A stretch of DNA of 40,409 bases from NCBI GenBank assembly GCA_002256025.1, contig NKIB01014808.1, positions 1 through 40,409 on the forward strand, in the 5' to 3' direction. This DNA is from Asterionella formosa (taxonomy: Eukaryota). The position numbers and the translations under genes were made by a program. Shown one piece after another: positions 1-13,205 of the stretch. How positions within the stretch are numbered: the stretch's first letter is position 1; the number at the start of each line of letters is the position of its first letter. The notes under the pieces are model-generated. The model had not been told where the DNA came from. It worked only from the letters and a program-made list of their open reading frames with translations, and searched no databases.

Positions 1-1526
1 ATAGGTCCATGTCACACAGCTTGCTCTAGGAACCAACAAACCAACAATCAAGCAGGTATTGTGGACAAACAAGCAAACATGGATGTGGATCCTGATAATG
101 AAAGTAACCTTCCAAGACACCAAAACTGTATTTGTTCTTCGGTAAGAATGGGATGTTGGAATGACCGAACAAAAAACCAGAAAGGCTACTATTTACAAGC
201 GGCAGGGAGGCAGGGAGCAGGATGAGGAAATATGCATCTACTATTGGCAGCGCAAGGTTGTCTGGGATGCAGTGGCGACCCTAGCTAGTTTGAGTGGTTG
301 CCATGAAAATGTTCATTTGATTATGTAGTCGTCTGATTTATTCTGTTTACCATCCATGTCTAGTATGCACATAGTGTCATACTTCTTCATTTTCGTTGGC
401 AATTCAAGCCCAATTGATTGCCAACTATCATCGATTTACCACCCAGTTCTTATTGCTAGGAAAACCATTTGAATGCGTTCGTCTGGTAATTACCGACTTC
501 AAGTTTTTATACTCTGGCGCATTATTGATTGGTGAATTGAATCAAGAAGCTTTCTGGATTTTATCACCGTGTCATGCAAATTTGTCACTGCGGGTCCACC
601 AGTTGTTGCAAACTGATAAAGCAGGTCGGGTAGTTAAAAATTCATACAAATAACATGATTCTTTGATAGATTTAAGAGATGATTGAACTCGCTCCATAAG
701 CCAAGTAGTCTATTGAGGCTTCATGAGCGACGCAAGGAGTGCATGAGCAAAGCTAAAGTCACAATGTGCAAGATTATTCAAACTAGCTAGCAGTATGGAT
801 AAATCTACTACAATATTAACATCGAACCTTTGATTTTGAAATTTTGACGCTGATGAATTGCTACTAGTAGTTATTGAAATGAACAAGGGAATTAGTTTGG
901 TTCAAGCACCAGCCAGCCAACCGAAGAATGATGCCATTGTTGAATGTTATCAACAATTTTCAACAGAACAAGTAATACTGACGCTACTTATAGCTAGCTA
1001 TTCATTTCATCTACATTCTATCATTTGGTTGAGGTTGAAATGAAGTGATAGTGAGTCGTAATTTACATATTGTGTGTATACTATCATAGTTACAATATTT
1101 TTTGTCAACTGCTCTGCCCTGCAACGTATTATCAGTACTTTCTGTATTAGGTATGGATGGGTGTGGTCCGCCCGAGGTAGAAGTCATTCTCGTGTGTACA
1201 TTTTGTACCGACCATTTTTTAGGTGTCGGTTTGACCTAAAATTCAGGGTGTGAATAAGAAGTACCCGAATGGCAAGAAGATAGCTGGAGCGTGAATTGCT
1301 AGTAGGTATCAAAATCGAATCCTTAGTAAGTACATGATATGGATGTCTACATACCTGGTACCACTACGTACGTATGTTATTGACATTCCATGTACAGTAG
1401 GCTATTTTTCTACAAGGTAAACCTGGTACTGAGTTTAGAAGAGGCGCTGTATTATCGTAGCTATAGGACGAATGTTTTTTCCAGCATTTAATTATGTAAA
1501 TAAATTGCTGCCAGGTATGTGAGCAT

Positions 1527-1599
1527 ACCCGGTTAGCTCAGTAGGTAGAGCGCTCGACTTTTAATCGTGTGGTCGTGGGTTCGATCCCCACATCGGGTG
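1527..1599 (+). tRNA. tRNA-Lys, anticodon UUU, intronless
   Basis: Full 73-nt cloverleaf: acceptor ACCCGGT/ATCGGGT, D-arm GCTC-AGTAGGTA-GAGC, anticodon arm CTCGA-CTTTTAA-TCGTG (one T:T mismatch), T-arm GTGGG-TTCGATC-CCCAC, discriminator G. No encoded CCA. Confidence 0.95.
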
Positions 1600-1614
1600 A
1601 TGTCAAACTCATTC

Positions 1615-1620
1615 TTTTTT
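1615..1620 (+). terminator. RNA polymerase III terminator (T6) of the tRNA-Lys gene
   Basis: Run of six T about 15 nt after the tRNA 3' end, with a second, longer T-run at about 1632-1641. Confidence 0.75.
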
Positions 1621-2259
1621 CTCATGGGGGATTTTTTTTTTGCATTTTACAGTTTGTACCGGTTTTTCAGTCCGCAACGAACCACAAGCACAGAATATTG
1701 AGACTATTAGGACAGATACACAGACAGCGCAAAAGGCCTTCTACAATTTCTTAAACAAGGTACCAGGTACCCGATACAGTATCTGTTCGTTCCTTTCACG
1801 CAACGGGTAAGTACTGGTACGTACCTAGCACTTCGTACACGTATCGGATAGTCTACTTTTAGCTTTGTTAAATTACGGATGACAGACAAGATCCTAGACC
1901 ATATACTGGTAGACAAGTCGTAGTCAATGTATTTACTATTGCTATGCAAGCATAGATCAGCGCATAAAAACAAAGGATTACAATTCAAGCTGGTGAGCAC
2001 CATCAGCATAGGAAGCCATCCTGTCACTCCTACATTAACATTAGTTATTAGTCCACTCGATTTGGTTAACAGCTCAGATGCTTTCAAGGTGATGGGAAAA
2101 TGGGTTTGCAACCGAGGATATGGAATAAGGTACATTCATAAATGCTTTGACAACTTAGGAGGTCGTCATTGTCCAAAATCATCCGATTTTTTTATCATTG
2201 AATAATTACTCTTTTTCTTGTTTAGTAGACCAGAAACTTCTCAAACCAAGTCTCAATTA

Positions 2260-4448
2260 CTACGTAATTTTAGGAACATCAAGCCAGAGGTCTTGTGTAT
2301 CTGAATCATCATCGTGACTATGATCTCTACGCCGAGGTGTCAGGACAACAGCAGAATCTTCAATACTTGCTATGCTAGCTGTTCCAACTGCTAAATTAGG
2401 CGACGGTGCACGTTTTCTCTGACTATTGAATATAATAGTGAGCTCTTCGGCCTCGACGCTGTATGCTTCGTCTTCGAAGATTTCCTCATCAAGTCGACTG
2501 CCATTAATGTCCCCGAGTCGATTTCCTTTTTGACCGACCATGCGCCTGTTCCTGCTAACCACGACAATACCCAAAACTGTAATCAAAACGAAAATGCTGA
2601 TAATGGCTAAACCAACATATCCCAGGTTGTTATGGGCCGCTTGTCCAACGCTTTCAAAGGACGACATTGCGACCAAACCACATGACCGCTGCCCAATAAG
2701 GTTGGAATTGCGTCCTGGACAAGGAATGCATGAACCACGACCTCCTAGTTTGAACCCCCGTGGATGCCACGTACCGGCAGGGCAGGCTATGGCGTCGCAA
2801 CGGTAGGATCCTCTGTCACCATTGCCATTGACATCTCCAGCGAGACAAAGCATAGGAGGAACAGGACCTTGTAGTTGATTTCCGCCAAGGTCCAAATATT
2901 CAAGGGGGGAGAATCGCAAATCGGAAGGTATATAACCGGTGAGGTAGTTGTCTTCCAGATTAAGTACTCTCAAATGTCGAAGGCGGCCAAGTTTGTCGTT
3001 GATGGTCCCGTGCAGGTTCATTCTTGGCAATGATATGTTGACGATATCGCCCCCTTCGTTGCAATCAATACCCTCATATAGACAGACTGGGACATTAGGG
3101 TTCATCCATCGAGGTGCTCCATTCCATTTTCGTCCACCAGCATCATAGTAGAATGATTCTAGAATGCGCCGCTGATCAACGGTTATACATCGCCCGTTGT
3201 GACCCAAGTAAGGGGAAATCGTATTCTTGGGACAGAATTCACATGGGAAAATGCCCTCGACTGATTGTGAATTGACTGGACAGGCAAGAGCTTCACAACC
3301 ATCTCGGGAACTAGCATTCTCAATTTCAGAAAAGTAGACATCATTCATTGGTTTCTGGCAAAGTTCGTGAGGTACAATCCCGGTAAGTTTGTTTCCTGAA
3401 AAAATCGCAGCAGTGAGCAAGTCTGGTACTTCCACAAATCAAGCCTAGCACACCTTGAAAAATTCCTTGCACCCTGACCAAAACATACCATTTAGAAAAC
3501 ATTCAGAAAGGTGCGGTATTTCGGCTAAATCAGCAGGAATCGATCCACTAAACGCATTGTGTTGGAGAAATAATTGTTCAAGCTTTGAATGGGGACGTGC
3601 CAGTGAGCGAGGAATTGTGCCAATGAAGCCGTTGTTGTTCAAAATTAGACTATCCAGGTTGACCAGGTTGCCAAGTTCATCTGGAATGGTGCCCACCAAT
3701 CGATTATGACTAACATCAAATTTTCCTAGGTTTGACAAAGCAGTGACGCTTTTTGGAAGGGTACCCACGAAAGAGTTGTTGCCCAGGTTCACGGTAATCA
3801 ATCGTGGCATCCGATCGCCGAGATCATTTGGCAGCTCTCCCCCGAAATTGTTGCCCTCGATGCTCAAAAAATTGAGCTCTTTCGACTGAAAGAGCGGAAA
3901 GTCTCCTTCCAACCTAGAGCCTTCAACATTGAACATCACCAACTGTTGCAAAGCCAGCACGCCTTCGGGGACTGTTCCAAATAAGCTGTTGCCAGGGAAA
4001 TTAAAGACCACCAGATTGGTAAACTGCCTTAGTCCGGTAGGGATAGTACCAATGATACCGACATCGGTGAACAAAATAGTCGTTACTGAATAGTCTGCAT
4101 CGCATCGGATTCTCTCCCATCCGCAACCTATCAATCCCTTTTGATAGTCACCATCAAACAACCACCAAACAGCGAGAGTACCTAAAAACAACCAGCAAGA
4201 GTGACGTACCGTCTAAATCACTATCGCGAACCCAGCCTCGATTTTTTTTCGCCCACGAGTTTGCCCACGCTTCAGCAATTGGGCCTTGCACGAGGGAAAG
4301 CAGGACATCTTCTTTTACACCCATGATGGCAGCCACCTGGAGCAGCGCACTCTGTTAATTGTTTCAATTTTAATTGCACAATGTATACCGTCGTTCTTTG
4401 ATCCCCTACTCACTTTCAAATCTCGTTCTGGTTCTTTGGAGTTGTAGA
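2260..4448 (-). CDS. Leucine-rich-repeat receptor-like membrane protein (two LRR blocks, Cys-rich linkers, one C-terminal TM helix, no kinase); multi-exon, 5' end unresolved
   Basis: Plant-type LRRs (LxLxxNxLxGxIP), LRRNT caps (CGWERIRC, CLYEGIDC), CPAGTW...CIPCP modules and TM segment GYVGLAIISIFVLITVLGIVVV. Frame-consistent GT-AG introns at 3396-3488, 4128-4209 and probably 4337-4413 join the ORF-track pieces. A candidate ATG micro-exon lies at 4804-4798 (ATGAAAT|GTGAGT) but is unverified. Confidence 0.85.
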
Positions 4449-5145
4449 CTATAAATCACGGTCCTACTCGTGAGGAAGGCACAAATAAGTTTCAAGTCTC
4501 AGTGTCCCCTCCACTGCGGTAGCTGTGTTTTATATCGAGTAACGAATAATATATGTTTAGAACGTCGAAGAACGATTTATTCCTTTGATCAATCTCAGGG
4601 ACATTCGGTGTGTACAGTGTATCTGTGTGAACAATTAGAATGTGGAAAGGATCATCCATTCATCAGTCATTTCCTTTCAGCCTTCGATGACTCCAGCGTC
4701 ATTTTGAAATCATTGTTGTTGAAAGCTTTCTACATATTGTTTTGTGAAATGCCAATCTATGATCAAAATATAATTCGAGTGAAGACATAATACTCACATT
4801 TCATGCTTGCTCTATCTACGGTATACTCGTTAGTAGCTGTTTCAAGGTATCAGGTACCAGGTACCAGTTACTCGGAGTACATTGTTTACCAATACCACAG
4901 GTACCTTGGTGGCACTTTCAGTAGGCATATTGAAATGCAACGAAATATAATGACTTCATTAATGACCTTTTTGCCTAATTTATGGTATGTACAACATGTA
5001 TCCAGGTAAATGTTTTCGAAGTAACTTCGACACAATTAGTGTCTCGTCCGTTTCGACTTTCTCCATATGTAATCTGTGTTGTGGTTTCGTAGGTACCTCG
5101 CTGGAATATATTAAATCCTTCCATAGAATACTTGAATAGCGAACC

Positions 5146-5465
5146 AAGGGAATGGCTTACCGGTAGTGGTTTAGCACGTTGCCTTTGATCTGGTTGTAAG
5201 GTTCAATTTTGCAAATTTTTTTAGAAGCAATGGTTGGGTTCGACTCCCACACTCCTTGCTGTCCCGCACAGTCTTGCCTGGTGTGCAAGAAATAGTCGGT
5301 TGCCCCCCTGCAAGCAGCTGGTGCCGCCTTCCTAGGTAGTCAGAGTTTCCCCTAAGCTTTTCACGAAAGGTGGTTGGAGACTAACCTATGCTAAAAAACT
5401 AGGTAGCACAATGAAAGACTTGCCTAGAAATAGGGGAGTACAATGGGCGATAAAACATACCATCC
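5146..5465 (+). mobile_element. Degenerate tRNA-derived SINE-like element (tRNA-like head 5146-5257 plus about 200 bp body)
   Basis: A-box TGGCTTA[CCGGTA]GTGG, B-box GGTTCGACTCCC (5237-5248), anticodon-stem pair GTTGC/GCAAT and partial acceptor pairing AAGGG/TCCTT. No T-run directly after the head; a body follows and ends in GGGCGATAAAACATACCAT. Copy number cannot be seen from this window. Confidence 0.5.
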
Positions 5466-5989
5466 TTTAGAATAGCAAGCCAGGAATACTAAGTAGAAAT
5501 AGAATAAATTGTTTTTGAATTGGGTGCTAAGTAGCTAAACATGTCCTGCTCCCAAAAATCCGGGGCAAATCTGGATCCAATCTCTGGGTTCTGTGGCAGT
5601 CAAATGGTGCCGCTTTGCCATTGGAAGGACTTAGGGTGGGTGGTTTAGACTATAGAAGCGATTTTTGATTTGCTAGATATTTAGTCAAAATTGTGTCATG
5701 AATTCCCTTGACTAACTCATTGTGCATTTTCGGACACTTTCTTGCAATTAAGGTATTTTTTCCAATTGCAATATCCCTGAAATGGCTCATGGCTGACTGT
5801 GGCGGGGATATCAATTAAATTGATCTCTACATCATGTTCTGCAGCTCGCCGAAAGGTTTTACCCTTTTATTGGTCCTATATCAGGACCAATAATATTCTC
5901 AGCCGCCAATTTGTCATTTTGTGTGATTGGACAGTTTGGAAGCAGATTGTTCTCCACAATTTTATTAAACTCCTATGTACTGAGTCTAC

Positions 5990-7140
5990 CAAGAAGAAGC
6001 AAAAATCATCTGTATTTGACGAGCCAAACATTCATGCTACTAGCAGTTATATTGTTTGACTTGTTGTTACTGGTGTCTTCTGTATTCACTGGCTGATGTG
6101 ATCCTCTTTGAATTTTCTGTGATATCTAAAAGTGTAATCCATAGCTTAAGAACAAATGTGTGAATACTGGTGTTGTCTTCTTGTCAGGCTTGTTGTGAAT
6201 CACAAACTCTTTTCCACTGCTGTTACTACTGGTGTCATTTGTCACATTGTAGCCATGTTCATTCACACATTTAAGGGAGATAATGTTCGCAATCCAATTG
6301 GGGTGGAACCCTACTAGGTACTGTCATATAACACTCCTACCACCCCAACCATGATATTCATGCCACTAGCTAGTCATACCAGCATTACAGCAGATATTCA
6401 TGTAGCCGCATCTTGATGTACTGTAAGAGGGTGACATTATAGAAACTCTAAACGTTGAATGATTGTCCAACAGTATCCAACTCTTTGGGATTTAGTCTTA
6501 CTCTCCCACCAGATTCAATGACACCTTGCTGGTGTCTTGGAGGGGGTATTGGAACTGTTCCTGTTCACCATCAACCCCCCCCCCCTTGTAATACCTGACA
6601 TGAGCATCATGGCTCCACTCTGCTGACCATCCTCACACTTGTCTGCACTTGTTTGCCACATTTGTGGCATGTAATTTTTGACTTGTCCCTGCTTCCACTA
6701 CTACCCAATTGTTTTGCAATGACTGGCAAGGGAAACATCCAATTCTGTTGTGGGTCTGGCCTCACCATTACATTAGTTGTAAGGACAATCTGTCATTCAC
6801 TGGCCAAATCATCCAGAGTCAGTTGCAAGAGTCTTGTTTCCATTTCGTCAATATTTTTTAGGCTTGTAGCTAGCTGTAGTTGGGTACTGGGTAATCATTT
6901 TGTCCATGCAACAAGTGATTATTTTCTAAATTCTTGATTAGCCATTAAAATCATATTTTATCTTCAAGAATAAATGCCACAGCAAGAAACCTTCCCTGTT
7001 CTTCCTTCTGAAGCAATGAATTATTGAGGGTGTCAAAGGCAAGAAACCTGCTCCTATTCATGAGCACAGATGAGGAGCAAGCTGCCACATTGAATAGGAA
7101 GCTGGATGTTGTGATAACATAGCCATCTGTATGACACCAC
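5990..7140 (-). mobile_element. Decayed Ty1/copia (diatom CoDi-like) gag-protease fragment
   Basis: Minus-strand remnants in the expected order: zinc-knuckle start ITCHKCGK (6675-6652), protease motif WILLDNHST (6479-6453; compare WILLDNQST) and IANIISL (6293-6273). Many stops and frameshifts, strong CpG loss. Boundaries approximate. Confidence 0.75.
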
Positions 7141-7680
7141 GAAGGAGATGTTCAACCCAAGAGATTCATGTTCATAACAAACACTGCACTACCGCACAGA
7201 AAAATTCTGTGGATTTCAATACAAGCATGGGATAGCAAAGGTGGAATAGCTCTGTTTCTAGTCACTTTCATCCAACCAGTGTTCTTGTCCATCTCCAAAA
7301 AATCGGTTTCCACGTTTCCTCGAAGAAATTGGCCGATGGCTGCTTTTGCTTTCAATCAATACGTACATTTAGCTAAAACCGGTATATGTAACCTGTGGTT
7401 GTATTACTGTACGGCACCGGTAGGTATATACCCGGTGCAGTACATACTCATCAGTATACCGGTACCTGGTACATAGTATTTTTATCACTGGCTGATGATG
7501 TGCGAGATCAGGGCCTGATGATGCCGATCCCTCAGCAGGTCGACTACCGGTACCGGTAATACACTATATTTCCTTTCTGCGTTTCTCGTCACTCCTCTCG
7601 CTCGCTCTATCTTTGCCCCTCTAAAGGCTTGGATCTACCTAATAGCACAGAGAAAAGCGAGAACGACGCAAAAATCGCAC

Positions 7681-10600
7681 ATGGCAGCGGCAACACAAAA
7701 GGCCCTGGTTGGCTTTTGGAAGGACGACTTTGTTCCTCTACAAGCCGCTGGCAAAGCCATTCTGCAAGCGCTGCGCGAAGACGAAGCCGCTCCCGATGCC
7801 GATCTCTACCGACGCATCATTAGCTCCGGCAGTGGCTCTCATCTCTATTTCAAATCTACGGGTGTCGTCGCACACCAAACCTCGATTCCATTGCCCCCCT
7901 TTTTACTGGAGCAGCTGCAAACCACCAGGATCTCGTCCTTGATGGGCATTTTGTCTGAAGCGGGTTTATTATGGATGAGCGTAGACGATGTTTTGTACTT
8001 GTGGAAGCCAGATGATGTCCTTGGCCCAAGTATGAACGATCTGTGTTCCTTTGTGATGCCTTCCGGACAGTGTGTTGTAAGCGTCGGTTTGGTCAAGCCC
8101 AAAATAGGTACGGATATCCAGTGTTGCACGTTCATCATTTTATTGAAGCATGGATGCATTGCGCATAAATAGAGCATTTGATTGCATTTTTCCAGATTCT
8201 CATGTTATCTGGCGAGTCCTTACCATTCCTGATTTATTTCTTCTTTTCAGGGGTTTTCAAGGAGGTAGTGGAATGGTGTCTGGTGGTGACAACACCCGAA
8301 GAGGTCATTCTTTGTGCTCTTGCTCGATCTGACAGCAACGCCCTTCGCTTGATTCCAACACGATATACCATTCCAACCGACAACATCCCTATTCTTAGCG
8401 TGTGTGGCACACATGATGGTCGCATCTTTCTAGGTGGCTTTGACGGGTCTCTGTACGAAATGACTTATGAATCCTTAGCACCTTCCTTTCCAACCACAAT
8501 GACAATTGAGCAAAAATGGAATGCATTTTACGATGGAAACAATGCCAAACCTGACATGACGCAATCAAATGTGAGTTTGGGTGGCCAAATCTTGAGCAAT
8601 GGAAAGCGCGCCTTTTCCAATTTGATGATTGGATCAGCACGACCCCGTAAGTGTCGCAAATTGAACCATTCACAGACTGCTGCATCAAGTGTTATAAGTG
8701 CTGTCATCCCAGACTTCGTTTTGAAAGCGTCGTCAGCCCTGTTGTGGTCGTCGGATCTGGCAATCGGAGGTATTATACAGATTCTTCACGATGCAGAGCG
8801 CTCGTGTATATTCACCTTGAGTGCGAAGGGGTGGATTTCGTCATATGATCTTCGAGGAGATTTCAAATTGACGGCTCGGATGGACACCGAAAAATCGGCA
8901 CGCATCTACCTTGGGGCCGTCTCACGAGGCCTAATGTATCCCCCTACTTCGTCCACCAATGCTGCAACGATTGCCTTTCCTGGAGGTGGATCGTCTGCAC
9001 AAGCTGGCGTTGGTGGAATGGATGGAGCCAGATCCATATTGAAATCAGCCGACAATGACACACAAACAAATGGTCGAGGAGGGGGTCAGACGGGGAAGGC
9101 ACGAGCCAAACTTTTGGCTCCAATTTCGATTCACGTTATTTCGAGGCAAGAAAGTGGTAGATTGACGTTGATGGCAGTGACTGCCGGGGGACTGAGATAT
9201 TATCTATCGTCACTGTCGCCGAATGTACTCAATAGTGGACCAGGTGCTCAGAACCTTAAGGGCGACCCACTTGCACCTTCTAAACAATTCACCTTGTGTT
9301 ACGTTCGTGCGCCACCCCCCGTGGACTCATGTGGAATTCTTCGTGAAGTCCCATCCTACGATTCAGAAGCGACGGGAGTAGTCGACGGCTTGACTCCTCG
9401 CCTTGTTGGAACTACAGGGATTCACGTCGATGCTGCAATTTATAAAGATGGTGTTACCTTCCTCGCGGTTGAACACAAAGGTAGTACATCGACCGAGACT
9501 ACAGGGAATCCTACTAATGTCGGCAATGTGATTGTTGCCATTACTCCTGACGCTGTTGCAAGGAAGAAAGCGATATCGAAAAATACAGAAGTTATCGAGG
9601 TTCCTGGTGGAGTTTCCGAGGCGATCGCCTTACCGATGTCATCAGAATCCGCTTTTTCGGGTATCTTGCCAGGTGGCCGAATTGTTGACGCGAAGTCTGT
9701 ATCACCTTCTAAGAATTCTGCGCTGATGAATCTTGTTGTACATTCTCAAACTCCATCGGACGGAGACCTTGCCAACTGTTTACCGCCTCCGTATGTTCCT
9801 CTTTTGAAGGGTCGAAATAATTCCAAAACGAAGAGTGTTGTTGGCACCGTATCGCATTCAGCCCTTGAACTCGCATCGACTTCTCGACTAGGGGCAATTA
9901 TTCGATCAAACGGCTCGATTGCTTCGCCATCGTCTATCGCTTTTACGATCATGTCCAATTTTCTCCTGTCAAGACCCCTTAGACATGGTCTTGCATATCA
10001 GAATTCGTTACCAGGATCAGGGCTGAACGAGAGCTCGGCTCCCCTTTATCGCATATCGAAGCGATATGGGTGTACAGGGTTTAGTAAATCCGCAGGAGGG
10101 AATGTCTCTAGCGACCGTCATGTGTCTGTTGGCAGCGCCTCCAAATTAGATCAGAACGAAACTGCTCGCCTTAGTCCTTGGCTCCTCAGACCCGCAGTTG
10201 TTCCTTTGAATCGATTTGCTTTACATCATTTAACTACTCCAGATGGTTTTGTTGCCTTGAATGCTGGAGGAGCACACTATTTCAATTCGGCTTCTGTTCT
10301 GACAAGTCTGGCCGACGCTCTCATGTCTGCTGGAGCAAATGTTGGGAAAGATGAAACTGTTTCGAAATTCTTCAAAAGCTATGGTTACACACAAGGTTGC
10401 GCAATGTGTTTGATGATTGCTACTGGTACGCGCGGTGTAGCAAGTAGAAATGGTGAGAGCGAAGAATTACGTAATCGAGCGTGCCGAGCAGCTCTCAGTA
10501 GAGCGTTCGTTCCGGCGCTATTGTACAAGGCAACTGCAACCACTGGTGCAACTGGGGATATTGTAATCAGAGCAACACAAAGTGACGAAGCTATACCACC

Positions 10601-13205
10601 TGAGTACGAATTTAAGCCTTCTTGCCTCAGTGATGGACTGAACTTACTTTCTTCTCGTTTGCTCAGGCCAATCTGGTACAAGCCAGCTGTTGTGGTGACT
10701 GAGGGCCAAATAATTCAGCGAAAGGGTGGCGCAACAAGGCGCTTTCCTGCAAAGGTGGAACTACTACTTGACGACGAAACCCTGGAAGAGGTACGACGTC
10801 CTCTTGTTTCTCTTCAGAACCTCATGCGTGAGATGTTTGCTCCTGCGATTTCTGTTGTTCCAGGTGTTGATAGCCGCGACGAAATGGGTGGAATGGATAT
10901 TGATGAGTTCGGAGCTGGACAGAGCTTGCTTATTACAGGCTCCATGTCGTATCGCGGACAACTTCAAGTTCAGAATGGCGCTATGACGCCAGGACAATTG
11001 GCCCCAAGCGATGTGGAAACAATAGCTCGCCTGTTGGAAGAAAGAAGTCTTCATTCGCTGTATCGCCTTTTGTCACGAAGTGTTCAGCTGTTAAGTCTGC
11101 TGTCACTATTGAAAAGAGCTCAATTGATGCCAGATTTGCCGGAAGTTGAATGGGGACTTCTGCATGGGGTGACTGTTGCTCAGCTTGTGCAAACCAGTGA
11201 AGGTCAGGATCGCATCGAAACTCTTCTTAATGCCTTAGTAAGCAGCAACAAATCACTGTCGACAGCTCAAGTCAAGCCCGCCAATGACGCTGATGAATTG
11301 GTGAACCTTTTTGCAACTCAGTGCTATTTGTATTATTCACCGGGATCAAGACTCGCATACTTGGGGTTTCGGGATGCGAATGAGGCTTTATCTTGTGCTC
11401 CTTCATCGCCACGACGGACAGCTCTCACCAATCAAGCTGTCGCATATTTCAAGCGAGCTACTTCCTTTTGGTACAGTGCACCAATGGTATCAGGACGAAC
11501 CCTCCACAGCAAGGATAAAGAGAGCTATTACGACATGGCAGTAAGAGCCTTACAGTTTGACAGTCCGCTCGCAACTGCTGCTTCGAAACTTTTGCAGTTG
11601 GGCGATGTTGTGGCCCTTGTCGATGTGTGCTTGGCCACCGCTGCTAATTTCCACAAAAGTTGTTTTAACGAGATGACCATTTGGGGAGAAGAAGGCTCGT
11701 TCGGGGGAGGGTTAAAATGGGAACAAGGCTTGTATCACAAGCGCCGTAAAGACTCGCAAAGCATCACCAATTCATCTAGCTCGTCTGCATCTTCTGCTCT
11801 AGTTTTGCACGCTAATGTTACTCAGGAGGATGCTCGAAACACATGCTACGCCATCATTTTGCATAATTTGACAATCCTATTGGAAGGGCGGAATACTGTA
11901 TTGGCTGACAAAATGGTATCAGCATGTGCGGCTGCTTCTGAGAAAGAATTCCTCCATGCATTCTTCGAGCATTTGAAATCCAGAGGTCAGTCGAAGACAT
12001 TGGTGAGAATCGCAAGCAAGCAGTTGGAGCAGTGGCTTCAGGAAGAGGATGAAGACTTGTTGTATCGATACTATGTTGTGCAAGAACAACACGTTCAAGC
12101 TGGCCAGCTTATGTGGGCTCGAGCGAATAAAGAAGACTCGTTTTCCCTTGACCAACGTTTAGAGTGGTTAATAAAGGCAAGAAATTCGTACAACTCAGCT
12201 CTAGATGCGTTGACGCGGGCTCCGGGATGGAATGAACAATCTACTGTCAACCCAGTAGAAATTAGAAAGTTTGCAACTTTGGTGCAAGATACAGTCGATG
12301 TGGCCCAACTTCAGAGAAGCATCCTTTCGTCGGTCTGTGCGACAAACCTCGAGTCACAGCTTTCACCAGACAAACTGCAAAATCTCAAGACGAGTCTTGT
12401 CAGTGTTTCTGATCTATACAACGAATTCGCGGGCCCCTTGAATCTCTTCGATTCCTGTCTTTTCATTCTCCATAATTGCCGTCAGAATAGTCCACAGAAC
12501 ATTTTGAAACTCTGGAGCAGTGTCTTATGTGAAGAAATTTTACCGTGTGCCACTCGGAGTAAGCTTGCTTATAACGTCTTACAGAAGCTATCGGAAGGTT
12601 CTCTTCTGGATGAACAGGTTGTTCTGCTTGGAAGCGACGGGCAAAATATCCAAAGTCTTCCTCTTTTTGAACATGGCCTTTGGGTTGACACGCTCAAGAT
12701 TCGTGTTGTCAGTCTCGGGAAGGAACTATATGGAAAGGGTACCGACTTCGTGTGCCCTATCGATTTTTTGGCTGCTCGCTTGGAGGAGCTTCGTCATGCG
12801 CAACAGCTTCTAGTTCCTTCGTCAGAGCTGGGTTCCCGAAACTCGCCATGGCCGCTGCGAATTCTCACTGATATCGGCATACCTTACTCGCTAGCCTTGA
12901 ATGCATATGAGGGGATCGTGGTAAATGAAGAAAAGGAACGAATGGGAGGAATCGATCCTCACAGCCGCTTCATCCACCTTCGCAGCATTGTTGAGCTGTT
13001 AGAGAATTGGGCACAAGCAGCTCGACGTGAAGGTGTAGTGGGGGAAGATTTGTGTGGTGCTGTTGCCACTGGTATGCTAATGGCGAGACTTGATGGAACA
13101 AAAGCTGATTTGGAGGAACTGAAGGGAGCGGTCAATGGAGATGCGTTAGAACGGGTCTATGAGCGCCTCCTCAGTGCTGAAAACAGCATAAAGCGACTTG
13201 TTTAG
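7681..13205 (+). CDS. NUP155: Nuclear pore complex protein Nup155/Nup170; join(7681..8107,8251..13205), 1793 aa
   Basis: Intron GTACGG...TTTTCAG (8108-8250) restores the conserved VGLVKPKIGVF motif. Also MGILSEAGLLWMSVDDVLYLW, GRIFLGGFDGSLYEMTY, KCRKLNH, LMAVTAGGLRYY, SRLLRPIW, SLDQRLEWL and SDLYNEFA, all typical of Nup155/170. Confidence 0.93.

Noticed and set aside
1707..2205. 142-aa and 92-aa ORFs between the tRNA and the LRR gene
   Set aside because: No domain similarity; they run through palindromic intergenic motif clusters.
7490..7545. Two CTGATGATG motifs upstream of NUP155, suggesting a hammerhead ribozyme or C/D snoRNA
   Set aside because: No GAAA core after a stem II, and no suitably placed box D with a terminal stem. 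TGATGA/TCATCA is common in intergenic DNA here.
8178..8250. ORF-track N-terminus MIAFFQILM... of the 1675-aa ORF
   Set aside because: It lies within the NUP155 intron (8108-8250); the real start is 7681.
8234..12813. Numerous short alternative-frame and antisense ORFs within NUP155 (likewise within the LRR, HCF136 and AcnX genes)
   Set aside because: Shadow ORFs of long coding regions with no independent evidence.
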